Source of the DNA: a virus
Lineage: Duplodnaviria; Caudoviricetes
DNA: 56,076 bases
Virus record (IMG/VR): IMGVR_UViG_3300012953_000039
Span: 1 to 56,076 of that record
Strand: one strand, 5' to 3'
Made by a program: the position numbers and the translations under genes. Positions 27,385-36,985 of this stretch are shown piece after piece; the first letter of the stretch is position 1, and every line of letters begins with the position of its first letter. Under the pieces are notes generated by a model. That model searched no databases. It was not told the DNA's origin and saw only the letters and a list, made by a program, of their open reading frames with translations.

Positions 27385-30300
27385 AACAATTTAAATCCAT
27401 AATACAAGAGGGAGTTTACGACCCAGGTATCTTCAAGGCGTTCTTCCTTGCAGGTGGTCCAGGTAGCGGTAAGACATTCGTTACTAGTAGAACTACCGTT
27501 GGTATGGGTCTAAAGATGGTTAACTCTGATACAAGATTTGAAAACTATTTAAAGAAGGCAGGTCTATCTTTAAAAATGCCTGACAATGAGGCAAGTGTAA
27601 GAGACCCATTAAGAGCAAGAGCAAAACAAGTTACTGGTGACCAGATGGACTTGTATATTAAAAACAGATTAGGTCTTGTTATAGACGCTACAGGTAGAGA
27701 CTATAACATAATACAGAAACAAAGAAGTATGTTGATGATGTTAGGATACGATTGTTATATGGTATTCGTAAACACTTCTTTAGATGTTGCGTTAGAAAGA
27801 AATCAGACTAGAACTAGAACGGTACCAAAAGACATTACAATTAAATCTTGGAATGCAGTACAGAATAATATAGGTCGTTTTCAGAATATGTTTGGTTCTT
27901 CACAAATGATTATTGTTGATAATAACAATGCGAGTGAAGACACACTAAACAAAGTTTATAGTAAAGTTAGAAACTATGTAAGGGCACCTGTTAAATCTTA
28001 TATTGCAAAACGATGGATGGAAAATGAACTCCGTAAAAAGAGATTAGGTATTAGAGAAAGTGTTAATGATATGACACACCCTAAAACAGAACCAAAACCT
28101 GTAAACAATGTTGTAGGTGACTGGAAGAATATAGATGTACCATCACCAACTTTAAATGATAGTGAAGAGACTAAATCAGAAATGATGATGATGTCTAAAC
28201 TATTTGAACAAAGAAACAATGCAATTGTACAAAGTATTAAAGACCACGACAATGAAGTATTTTATGGTATTGAAAGTTACTTAATGAAATACAATTTAGA
28301 ATATAAAATGAAAGATATTCAAAATCTAAAGAAAATAGGTAGTGGTGTTGTAAGACATTTTAAAAACAAGTTTCAAAGACCAAGACCATATGAACTTGCA
28401 GATGGTTTAAATATGAAATTTAATCATATGGAACTTATATCAGATAGTATGAAAACTCCTGCGTATCCATCAGGTCATAGTTTACAATCAAGATTGATTG
28501 CAGAATTTTATGGTAAGTTATATCCTAAACATAAACAAAACTTAATTGACTTGGCAGATGAATGTGGTTATGGTAGAGTACTTGCTGGTTGGCATTATCC
28601 ATCTGACCATATTGAAGGTGTTAACATTGCTAAAAAATTAATCAATATGGTTAATTTACAAGAAAGTATTATTGATATACCAAGAAGAACTTATGCACCT
28701 GCTGTATTTGATAAAGAAGATACAAACAATCCTAAAATAAAACCAAGTGTTATTAAACTAATCAAAGACCAATTAAAAGTATTTGAAAAAGAATATCCTA
28801 TTATGAAGTATGGTTTGATTGGTTCTATACTTACAAAGAGATATAGAAATGACGCAGATTTAGATATCAATGTTTTATTTAAAGTACCAGAAAAAGATAG
28901 AGAAGAAGAAAGAACTTTATTATCTCTTAAATATCTATCAACAAAGAATCCTGATAACATACAAGGTAAATTAATACCTGGTACACAACACCCTATTAAC
29001 TATTACTTTTTAACTGACCCTAAACTTTACAAAGACCAAGAACAAAAGGCAGACGCTGTATTCTCAATTACTAGAAATACTTTTGTCAAAAGGCCTGAAG
29101 ACTTTGAGTTTAATGTTAGTGATTACATTGATGACTTCAATAAAAAAGTACAAGAGTTAGATGTTGTCAAAGGTGAATTAAAAAGAGATATAATAGACTA
29201 TGACGAATTAAAAGAATTAGGTCCTAAAGAAATAGAAGGTTTACAAAATAAGATATCAAGTAAACTAGATGAGATAGAAAATGATATAGAGGACATAATA
29301 AGAATTGGTGACGGAGTTGACGCTGAAAGAAGAAAGGCGTTTGATACAGATATGTCGCCAGACGAAATCAGAAAGTATGCTATAAAAAACAGATTACCTA
29401 AAAATGTAATCTATAAGATGTTAGAGAAATATCATTACATTACTTTCTATAAAAAGTGCAAAAAGATTATGGATGACGGAGTTGTAACAGACGATGAAAT
29501 AGATAGTCTTAAAGAAGCAGTCGGTACACCAAAGAAACATATCGCATTTACATTTGGTAGGTTTAATCCACCAACGATAGGTCACGAAAAGTTAGTAAAC
29601 AAAGTGGCGTCTGTAGGAGCGAATGATTATCTCATTGTACCAAGTGGGTCTAATGACCCTAAAAAGAACCCATTAAAAGTTAATGACAAAATTAGAATGA
29701 TGAAAAATATGTATCCTAGACACCAGAGTAAGATAAAACAAATACCTGGCGCTAGAACAGCAATTGAAGTTATTAATAAATTAAATGGTAGAGCAAACGA
29801 AATAACAATGGTAGTTGGTTCAGATAGAGTAAGAGAATTTGAAACACTACTTAACAAATATAACGGAGTACAAGCAAGAGGTACTAATTACGAATTTGAT
29901 AAAATCAATATTGTAAGTGCTGGAGAAAGAGACCCAGACGCTGAAGGCGCTATGGGTATGTCAGCAAGTAAAATGAGAGACGCCGCTAAGAACGATGACT
30001 TTAATAGTTTCAAAAAAGGGTTACCAACTTCTTTTAGAGACAAAGAAAAGTTATATGGTCTAGTTAGAAAAGGTATGAACTTACAGGCAAACTTTAGTGG
30101 TCCTGGTATAGGTACATATAAACCTACAGCGAGTGTTGAGAGTTTTACTCAATGGCAAATAAGAGACTTGTATATCCGTGAACAACTATTTAACATAAAC
30201 GATATTGTAGAAGACCAAGAGCAAGATGTACAAGGAAAAGTAATTAGAAGAAGTACAAACTATATTGTAGTAGAAGACGATAATTCTAAACTACATAAAT

Positions 30301-30926
30301 GCTGGATATGGAATTGTATTCCAACAAGTAATATAGACGAAGTAAAATTACACGAAGTAAATCTAAACATAGACTATGGTTTTGAAGCAGTATCAGAAAC
30401 GGAAGTCAAAATGCAAGAAGAGAAGAACAATGGTAAACAAATTTCTGAAAGAGATAAGATACCGCAAGATAAAGATGTGGCCAAAAAAGACGGTACGCAA
30501 CCTAAAAAATACTACAAAGATATGTCAAAAGGCACAAAAAGTAAAAGAGCAGATTACTTTGCCAAACAAAAATATAAGAAGTCAGACGATGACAACGATT
30601 ACAAGGCTGCGCCTGGCGATAAAGACGCTAAGACAAAGACTAGTAAACATACAAAGAAATACCAACAAATGTATGGAAAAGAAGCATACGAAATAGGTAA
30701 AGAATACGCCGACCATACGAAGAGTATGACACCTGGTGAACCAGAATATAAGAAAGACGACAAAATAACTGATAAAGATATCAAAGAATGGGCATCCTCA
30801 AATGATACTATTGATAAATATAAGAAACGATATGGAGAAAACTATCAAAACGAGATAGATGAGGCTGTGAAAAAGATGGAGGAGAGATTGAAAATTCAAT
30901 CTTTTAAAGACTATGTTAAGATTTAG
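27381..30926 (+). CDS. multidomain protein: zeta-toxin-like P-loop kinase + PAP2 phosphatase + pol-beta-type nucleotidyltransferase + HIGH-family cytidylyl/NMN-adenylyltransferase + basic C-terminal region
   Basis: AGGPGSGKT and LVIDATG; KNKFQRPRP, YPSGH, RVLAGWHYPSD; IGS...DADLDINV; FGRFNPPTIGH and MSASKMR. Confidence 0.8.
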   Translation: MKQFKSIIQEGVYDPGIFKAFFLAGGPGSGKTFVTSRTTVGMGLKMVNSDTRFENYLKKAGLSLKMPDNEASVRDPLRARAKQVTGDQMDLYIKNRLGLVIDATGRDYNIIQKQRSMLMMLGYDCYMVFVNTSLDVALERNQTRTRTVPKDITIKSWNAVQNNIGRFQNMFGSSQMIIVDNNNASEDTLNKVYSKVRNYVRAPVKSYIAKRWMENELRKKRLGIRESVNDMTHPKTEPKPVNNVVGDWKNIDVPSPTLNDSEETKSEMMMMSKLFEQRNNAIVQSIKDHDNEVFYGIESYLMKYNLEYKMKDIQNLKKIGSGVVRHFKNKFQRPRPYELADGLNMKFNHMELISDSMKTPAYPSGHSLQSRLIAEFYGKLYPKHKQNLIDLADECGYGRVLAGWHYPSDHIEGVNIAKKLINMVNLQESIIDIPRRTYAPAVFDKEDTNNPKIKPSVIKLIKDQLKVFEKEYPIMKYGLIGSILTKRYRNDADLDINVLFKVPEKDREEERTLLSLKYLSTKNPDNIQGKLIPGTQHPINYYFLTDPKLYKDQEQKADAVFSITRNTFVKRPEDFEFNVSDYIDDFNKKVQELDVVKGELKRDIIDYDELKELGPKEIEGLQNKISSKLDEIENDIEDIIRIGDGVDAERRKAFDTDMSPDEIRKYAIKNRLPKNVIYKMLEKYHYITFYKKCKKIMDDGVVTDDEIDSLKEAVGTPKKHIAFTFGRFNPPTIGHEKLVNKVASVGANDYLIVPSGSNDPKKNPLKVNDKIRMMKNMYPRHQSKIKQIPGARTAIEVINKLNGRANEITMVVGSDRVREFETLLNKYNGVQARGTNYEFDKINIVSAGERDPDAEGAMGMSASKMRDAAKNDDFNSFKKGLPTSFRDKEKLYGLVRKGMNLQANFSGPGIGTYKPTASVESFTQWQIRDLYIREQLFNINDIVEDQEQDVQGKVIRRSTNYIVVEDDNSKLHKCWIWNCIPTSNIDEVKLHEVNLNIDYGFEAVSETEVKMQEEKNNGKQISERDKIPQDKDVAKKDGTQPKKYYKDMSKGTKSKRADYFAKQKYKKSDDDNDYKAAPGDKDAKTKTSKHTKKYQQMYGKEAYEIGKEYADHTKSMTPGEPEYKKDDKITDKDIKEWASSNDTIDKYKKRYGENYQNEIDEAVKKMEERLKIQSFKDYVKI

Positions 30927-31452
30927 TGATTATGTAGGTAAGATAACTACTTCTTTACATTATCATATAGAGAATAACATACCTCTTGCAGAGAATGTGT
31001 ACAGAGTACATAGTGAAGAGTTTTATAAACTTTTCAGAGAAGCAAGAGACCTCTGGGTTGATGGTTTACTTGATGTTGAAAGTGATTGGGATAGAACTTT
31101 ATTAGAGAGTGATATTGGAGAGTTTGCAGATTACGAAGGTATGAAAGTACCATTAGATTGTCCAATACAAGAGGAGGAGAAAAAAGACCCACCTCTTAAC
31201 AAACCTAAAAAAGGTGGACCCAAAAAGTTTTATGTATTCGTAAGAGACGGTGATAAAATAAAAAAAGTAACTTGGGGTGATACTACAGGTTTAAGAGTTA
31301 AACTTGATGACCCGAAGGCGAGAAAGAGTTTTGCGGCCAGACATAGATGTGACCAGCAAAAGGATAAAACAAAGGCCGCTTATTGGGCTTGTAACTTACC
31401 TCGTTATGCAAAGTCGCTAGGACTTTCAGGTGGAGGTAACTTTTTTTGGTAG
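30913..31452 (+). CDS. conserved phage protein (probable internal virion protein)
   Basis: KKFYVFV...KKVTWGD...RKSFAARHRCD...AAYWAC; N-terminus MLRFSDY. Confidence 0.6.
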   Translation: MLRFSDYVGKITTSLHYHIENNIPLAENVYRVHSEEFYKLFREARDLWVDGLLDVESDWDRTLLESDIGEFADYEGMKVPLDCPIQEEEKKDPPLNKPKKGGPKKFYVFVRDGDKIKKVTWGDTTGLRVKLDDPKARKSFAARHRCDQQKDKTKAAYWACNLPRYAKSLGLSGGGNFFW

Positions 31453-31461
31453 GAGGTTTAG

Positions 31462-31734
31462 ATGAGTTGTTTTTACGATATGCGAGAAGACGAGACACAA
31501 ACTTCTTGGCAGAGAGCATTTAATCACGATGTCAAAGACGAAGAGTTAGTTTGGCATAGAGACGAGAACGATAGAATTGTAAAAGTTATTTCTGGCGTAG
31601 GCTGGAAGTTTCAATTTGATAATGAACTACCGATGACTATGGAAGTGGGGAAGAAATTTAAAATTCCTAAAATGACTTACCATAGAATTATAAAAGGTGA
31701 AGGACGACTAATTTTAGAAATAAAGGAAATTTAG
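31462..31734 (+). CDS. cupin-like protein
   Basis: LVWHRDENDR...WKFQFDNELP...IPKMTYHRIIKG two-His cupin pattern. Confidence 0.55.
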   Translation: MSCFYDMREDETQTSWQRAFNHDVKDEELVWHRDENDRIVKVISGVGWKFQFDNELPMTMEVGKKFKIPKMTYHRIIKGEGRLILEIKEI

Positions 31735-31743
31735 GAGAAAACA

Positions 31744-33594
31744 ATGACAAGATATACAAAATCAATGAGAGAAGCACTAGAAGAAGTGTGGGCGAATGAT
31801 GTTGCCATAGAAGAAGGCAAGATGAAAACAATCGCTACTCTTTTTGACCAGGGTAAATCTGCTGAAGAAATTGCGAAGAAAATGAAACTTCCTCTTTCAA
31901 CTATTAAAACAATTCTAGGTGAGACAGATATCAAAGAAGATACCTTAAACGAATTTACAGACGCTCAAATTGCTAAACTAAAGAAAGAATATATGCCTTT
32001 AAAAGGTGCTAGAATTTCTATGGCGAAAGCAAATCAATTGAGAAATATCTTTGATAAGATACCTGACCACGCTCTTCCTAAATTATTTAAAGCAGACATA
32101 CCATTTATATCTGCAATGTCAGTATCAAGAATGATACAAAAGAAAATACCTGTACCAAAAGGTATTAAACTTTCTGCGTTTGAACAGAAGTCTTGGGAAC
32201 AAGTACAAGAAGAAGAAACTCCTAAAGAAGAAATAAAAGAATTTAAGAAAATGAAAGTTACCATACGAGATATGGATAAACGAAAACAAGCAATCACAGA
32301 TTTACAGAAACAAAATTTAGGTGTTTCAGTAACAGGTGGTGTAATCAAAGTTGATGGTAAAGGTAGAGACCTTAATAACTTTGCAAAAGATTTAATGAAC
32401 TTCTATGGTGCAAATGTTGTTGCTGAAGAAGTTGAAGAGATTAAAGAATACAAAGAGTACCTAGAGTATATGTGTAAAAACTCTGGTCAGGCAAGAGCAA
32501 TTGCTAATATGTTCAAAGGTAAAACAGGTGGTGGTGAAGTATCTGCCTCTGGTTCAGAAGTTAGAATTGATAGTGCAAAAGATGTAGAGAGTATTCATAA
32601 GGCTGTTATTGCGAAGTACGGAGACGATGTAAGAGTAATGACTGCTGAACAAACAAGTTTAGAAGAAGGCACAGGAACTATTAAAGGTTTCAGAGACGAT
32701 AAAGAAAAGTCTAATATGGTTTCACTTGCTAAACAACACGGTCTAAAAGTATCAGATGTACCTGGTGGTATTGAACTAAAAGGTAATATGAGAAAGATAC
32801 TAGATATGCAATTGGCAACTAGGTCTCACTTAAAGACAGAAGAAAAAGAAGAAGATATGACTAAACCTACTCAATTAAAATCTTTTAAAGATATGAAAGA
32901 TGAGAAGGAACCTAAAGAAGAGAAGAAACCTAAAGTAGATGTAGACGCTCTTAAAGACCAAATACAAATGTTGAAAACTAAATTAGAGAATGAAAAGAAT
33001 AAGGCAATCAAACCTGAACCTAATTCAGAAACAGGTGAAGTACCTTTACAAGTAGGTCTTGCACATAAGATTTTAAGAGATAAACAAGAAAAAGAAAAGA
33101 CAAAAATGAAAGAAGGTTTTGCTTCAGACGCTCAAAGAAAGGCCGCTTTTGCAAACGGTTATAAAGAAAAGGGCAAAGATAAAAAAGAGGCAGACTTATC
33201 TAAATCACAAATTAAGATGGTACATAAAAAAGCAGATGATTTACCGAAGAAATCCTTTAAAGATAGATATGGTAAAGACGGTGATAGTGTAAGATACGCT
33301 ACTGCTACAAACATCATTAAGAAAAAAGAAAAAATTGAAATGGTAAATCATCCTGCAAAGATGAAGTACGAACAAATTTCTGCCTTAAAGAAAAAGTCAG
33401 ATAAATCAGGAATGCCTTATGGTATTCTTAAAAAAGTATATGACAGAGGTATGGCTGCTTGGAAAGGTGGACATAGACCTGGTGCAAGTCAACACCAATG
33501 GGCTTTCGCTAGAGTAAATTCATTCATCACAAAATCTAGTGGCACTTGGGGAGGTGCAGATAAAGACCTCGCCGCTAAAGTAAAAGGAAAATAA
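31744..33594 (+). CDS. modular Lys/Glu-rich probable internal head protein
   Basis: Short modules separated by (L/I)-x-E; C-terminal LKKVYDRGMAAWKGGHRPGASQHQWAFARVNSF. Confidence 0.55.
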   Translation: MTRYTKSMREALEEVWANDVAIEEGKMKTIATLFDQGKSAEEIAKKMKLPLSTIKTILGETDIKEDTLNEFTDAQIAKLKKEYMPLKGARISMAKANQLRNIFDKIPDHALPKLFKADIPFISAMSVSRMIQKKIPVPKGIKLSAFEQKSWEQVQEEETPKEEIKEFKKMKVTIRDMDKRKQAITDLQKQNLGVSVTGGVIKVDGKGRDLNNFAKDLMNFYGANVVAEEVEEIKEYKEYLEYMCKNSGQARAIANMFKGKTGGGEVSASGSEVRIDSAKDVESIHKAVIAKYGDDVRVMTAEQTSLEEGTGTIKGFRDDKEKSNMVSLAKQHGLKVSDVPGGIELKGNMRKILDMQLATRSHLKTEEKEEDMTKPTQLKSFKDMKDEKEPKEEKKPKVDVDALKDQIQMLKTKLENEKNKAIKPEPNSETGEVPLQVGLAHKILRDKQEKEKTKMKEGFASDAQRKAAFANGYKEKGKDKKEADLSKSQIKMVHKKADDLPKKSFKDRYGKDGDSVRYATATNIIKKKEKIEMVNHPAKMKYEQISALKKKSDKSGMPYGILKKVYDRGMAAWKGGHRPGASQHQWAFARVNSFITKSSGTWGGADKDLAAKVKGK

Positions 33595-33595
33595 T

Positions 33596-33904
33596 ATGGC
33601 ATATTTAAAATCAAAACCTGGTTCAGTTGAAGAGGCAATCACGGCTGCAGTAATGCAAGAGAAGTTGTCACCTAAACAGAAGAAGATAGATAAGAACAAT
33701 AATGGTAAGATTGACGCTTCAGACCTTGCAAAATTAAGAGCAAAGAAAGAAGATAACAATTCAGATACAATATTACCAAAGTCTCAATCTCCTAAATCTG
33801 ACAATTTAGATATTAAAACTACGGAACCTGTTAAAAAAATTACAGATAACAAGTCAAAGACTGATAAAATAGAAGTAAATCCTAAAATTGACTATTCTGC
33901 ATAA
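33596..33904 (+). CDS. hypothetical protein with EF-hand-like loop
   Basis: IDKNNNGKIDASDL. Confidence 0.55.
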   Translation: MAYLKSKPGSVEEAITAAVMQEKLSPKQKKIDKNNNGKIDASDLAKLRAKKEDNNSDTILPKSQSPKSDNLDIKTTEPVKKITDNKSKTDKIEVNPKIDYSA

Positions 33905-33923
33905 GAAATAGTTAATTTTTTGC

Positions 33924-33952
33924 TTGACTTTTACTTTTTTATGAGGTATAAT
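33924..33952 (+). promoter_or_regulatory. sigma70-type promoter
   Basis: GCTTGACT-N17-TATAAT. Confidence 0.65.
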
Positions 33953-33981
33953 ACAAGCATAATGATAAAAGGATTAACACT

Positions 33982-34551
33982 ATGAAATACAAAGAATTAA
34001 GAAACGATATAATACTAGAGAATTTTAGACAGAATAATAAGAAACTTCCTAGAATATATTGTGATATGGATGGTGTCCTTTGTAATTTTGAGAAGTCTGC
34101 CGAAAAGGCAACAGGTATGTCCATAAATGCTTGGGCAAAAGAACCTGGTAGAAAATACAAAACAATCAGAGATAAATGGCAACCAATTATGCAGACCAAA
34201 AACTTTTGGGCTACAATGGATTGGAATCCAGGTGGTCAAAGACTATGGTCTTTCATTAGACAATACGACCCACATATTTTATCTGCATATGTAGAACAAA
34301 CTACTGACCCTAATTGTATTCCTGGCAAGAGTAAATGGGCAAGAACAAGATTAGGAATGTCTGGTAGTAAAGTAAATTTAGTAAAACGAAGAGAAAAACA
34401 AAACTTTGCTAAAGTTGGTGGCCTGCCTACAATCTTGATAGATGACTATATTAAGAACATTAATCAGTTTAAGGCAAGAGGTGGCATAGGTATACATCAT
34501 ACAAGTACTGCTAAGACAATATCTGAATTGAAAAAACTTGGCTTCAAATAA
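33982..34551 (+). CDS. HAD-family 5'(3')-deoxyribonucleotidase-like protein
   Basis: IYCDMDGVL, ILS, K, ILIDD...GGIGIHH HAD motifs. Confidence 0.8.
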   Translation: MKYKELRNDIILENFRQNNKKLPRIYCDMDGVLCNFEKSAEKATGMSINAWAKEPGRKYKTIRDKWQPIMQTKNFWATMDWNPGGQRLWSFIRQYDPHILSAYVEQTTDPNCIPGKSKWARTRLGMSGSKVNLVKRREKQNFAKVGGLPTILIDDYIKNINQFKARGGIGIHHTSTAKTISELKKLGFK

Positions 34552-34552
34552 G

Positions 34553-34560
34553 TATAAATA
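34553..34560 (+). promoter_or_regulatory. T4-type late promoter TATAAATA
   Basis: Exact motif upstream of a structural-type gene. Confidence 0.75.
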
Positions 34561-34606
34561 GTATTGTTATAACAAAATTAAGTTAACTTAAATAAGGAGA
34601 ATTACA

Positions 34607-35194
34607 ATGGGACTATGGGGAGCAGACACGAATGACGAGAGCAAACCTAAAAACCTGACTACTGAGCAAAAGAAAGAAGTTTTTGCTAATAAAAGTGGAT
34701 GGGTTCAACAGGCAGGCACAAAGGCGTCAGGAAACGACAACGCAAGCGCTACACCCGAGGTATTAGTCGCTATTGGTGATTTAGCAACACAATTAGGACA
34801 AGCAACAATTGACGCTGTAAACTTTGAAGTTGGACAGACGGTATCTGGTGCTGGTGGTTCAGTAGTAAAAGTATTTGTTCATTTCAACGAACAAGTTACG
34901 GTTGCAACTGCTTCACCTCTTATGGTTGTTGATAATGACCAAACTGGTTCAGGTGGGAGTGCAAATTTAACTCTTACTATGGACGGTACGCTTCCAGTAA
35001 CAAGTGATAGTTTACAATTTTCAGCAACGGCTTCAAATGCCGCTGTTAATGCAACCGATGTTTTATCAATCGGTGCTCAAACTATTGACTTGAACGGTGG
35101 AACGATAGTAGACACTATTGGTGGTGGAAATGCAGTAAGAACAATAAGTGCCGCTCAAGGTACTGCTGCTGGCACTATCACGGTTGGTAGTTAG
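34607..35194 (+). CDS. putative virion structural protein (Ig-like/decoration)
   Basis: MGLWG start, GW..., EVLVAIG, VHFNEQVTV; G/A/T/S-rich beta composition; late promoter and terminator. Confidence 0.55.
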   Translation: MGLWGADTNDESKPKNLTTEQKKEVFANKSGWVQQAGTKASGNDNASATPEVLVAIGDLATQLGQATIDAVNFEVGQTVSGAGGSVVKVFVHFNEQVTVATASPLMVVDNDQTGSGGSANLTLTMDGTLPVTSDSLQFSATASNAAVNATDVLSIGAQTIDLNGGTIVDTIGGGNAVRTISAAQGTAAGTITVGS

Positions 35195-35221
35195 TAAAAA
35201 AACAACAATAATAATAATTCT

Positions 35222-35249
35222 AGGGGACCTCTTCAGGTCCCCTTTTTTT
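35222..35249 (+). terminator. rho-independent terminator
   Basis: AGGGGACCT-CTTC-AGGTCCCCT followed by TTTTTT. Confidence 0.88.
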
Positions 35250-35252
35250 ATG

Positions 35253-35260
35253 TATAAATA
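35253..35260 (+). promoter_or_regulatory. T4-type late promoter TATAAATA
   Basis: Exact motif directly after the terminator. Confidence 0.75.
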
Positions 35261-35327
35261 GTAGTAATGGTCCTGATATGATGTCAGGAGTAGTTTACCG
35301 TTAACTCGGAATTATAGGAGAACTAAA

Positions 35328-35777
35328 ATGGCAGATAAAAAAATCACAGCCCTTGATGACTTGGGCACAGCATTGGCAAGTGTGGATTTGTTCCACATTG
35401 TTGATGACCCTTCAAACACACCAGTAAATAAAAAGGTAACGGCAAAGAATGTCTTTAACCGAATACCTACTTACCTAGGACTTGCAGAAACTTCAGAGGC
35501 ATTAACTAGTGCTTCAACAGCAATCAATGTAACTTCAGCGATTGCAGAAGTAGACCAATCAGGTGGTACAACATCGTTGTCTCTTGCAGATGGTACAGAT
35601 GGTCAAATTAAGACCGTCATTGCAATTGGAACTGGTGGTAACAATATAGTAATAACACCAACTAATTTGAGAGGTGGTTCAACTATCACTCTAAACGGTG
35701 AAGGTGAAACGGTTACTTGTTTATTTAAAAATAGTAAATGGAATGTAATCGCACATAATGGTGCTACAATAGCATAA
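35328..35777 (+). CDS. putative virion structural protein
   Basis: MADKKITAL...NKKVT...LADGTDGQIKTV; small-residue-rich; late promoter. Confidence 0.55.
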   Translation: MADKKITALDDLGTALASVDLFHIVDDPSNTPVNKKVTAKNVFNRIPTYLGLAETSEALTSASTAINVTSAIAEVDQSGGTTSLSLADGTDGQIKTVIAIGTGGNNIVITPTNLRGGSTITLNGEGETVTCLFKNSKWNVIAHNGATIA

Positions 35778-35800
35778 TAAATTTTTGAGGAGATATAATT

Positions 35801-36040
35801 ATGGCTTTATCAATTGGAGTAGTTGAGAAAGAATACAATACATTATTTAAAGAACGAGCAGCTTTGACTGAAACGGTCAATAAGTTAGAACAAGACTTGG
35901 CAAATGCGAAGTCTCAACTTAATGCCATACACGGTGGTGTACAAGTTTGTGAAAAACTTTTGGCAAAAGCGGACTCGGACTTAACATTAAGAGAAGCAGA
36001 GAAAGAACTTAAACCTTTAGTGGAGCAAAAAAGTGAGTAA
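35801..36040 (+). CDS. coiled-coil hypothetical protein
   Basis: GAGGAG SD; heptad-rich 79 aa. Confidence 0.6.
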   Translation: MALSIGVVEKEYNTLFKERAALTETVNKLEQDLANAKSQLNAIHGGVQVCEKLLAKADSDLTLREAEKELKPLVEQKSE

Positions 36041-36041
36041 T

Positions 36042-36203
36042 ATGGATACAATAACTAGAAAATCTGAAACCCTACAGGAAATATTAACTACAAATCCTAA
36101 CGAAGTTAATAAAGAAAAGGAACTTAATGATTTTGAAGAAGATTTAGTTAATCCTAAATCTGATAAATTAAAAGAAAAAGAGGAAAAAAATGAAAACATT
36201 TAA
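36042..36203 (+). CDS. hypothetical protein (53 aa)
   Basis: Read manually: MDTITRKSETLQEILTTNPNEV...; fills the gap. Confidence 0.4.
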   Translation: MDTITRKSETLQEILTTNPNEVNKEKELNDFEEDLVNPKSDKLKEKEEKNENI

Positions 36204-36618
36204 AGAACATTTAAAAGAAGGCAATGGAAAAATGGTTGGTACTTCTACTAGTAATGCAGTAGAAGATGGCAGTATGTCAACAGCCAATTTGAAAGACCCA
36301 TCCGTTCTACAAAGAGTTAATGCGTTTGTTGGTTCTGTAGCAGATATGGAATATATCAAGGCTCAGTACGCAGTAGACAAGTTAAGAGAAAACCTTATGA
36401 GAATAGGATTAGATATTAGTCCTATGAAATTAGAAGGTGCAAGTGGTACGGTAACAGGAGAAGTTAAGCAATTTGGTGGTACTTATGGTAAGACTACTGA
36501 AACTAAACCTGAAGATGTGGTAGTAGATAATGGTCCAGGTATTGATAATTTAAAATTAGAAGTTAAATACGAAACATTGTCTAACGGTTCATCAAAGGTT
36601 TACGCTAAACTAGTGTAA
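36190..36618 (+). CDS. probable internal head protein
   Basis: N-terminus MKTFKEHLKE closely matches the T4 capsid-targeting sequence. Confidence 0.6.
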   Translation: MKTFKEHLKEGNGKMVGTSTSNAVEDGSMSTANLKDPSVLQRVNAFVGSVADMEYIKAQYAVDKLRENLMRIGLDISPMKLEGASGTVTGEVKQFGGTYGKTTETKPEDVVVDNGPGIDNLKLEVKYETLSNGSSKVYAKLV

Positions 36619-36622
36619 ACAT

Positions 36623-36985
36623 ATGTTCAAACAGATAACCGAAGATAATTGGTTATTGTATGCTCAAAAGCATTATGATAATCCAACATTTGAAACTGAA
36701 AAAGAATTTTGGGATGATATAAAGAGATTTAAATATCTCAAAAGATTGTTTCGGAAGTATGAACTCACAGGTAAATTAAAGATACGCCTTGTGGTAAATC
36801 ATATTATCGTTTTACAAAATGTCTTTGGTACAGACGCCGCTATAACTTTATTGTTATATAAAAATGATATAAAGTATTGGCCAATGTTAAAATCTGTTTT
36901 TCAGTATCTTAATTATTTGTTTCCGAAAGAGTTAATTGCTTTAACGGAAGACGAATTTATAAAGAGAGAATTAGAGAGACTATAA
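36623..36985 (+). CDS. conserved T4-like hypothetical protein
   Basis: YAQKHYDNP...DIKRFKYLKRLF...NHIIVLQNVFG. Confidence 0.65.
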   Translation: MFKQITEDNWLLYAQKHYDNPTFETEKEFWDDIKRFKYLKRLFRKYELTGKLKIRLVVNHIIVLQNVFGTDAAITLLLYKNDIKYWPMLKSVFQYLNYLFPKELIALTEDEFIKRELERL

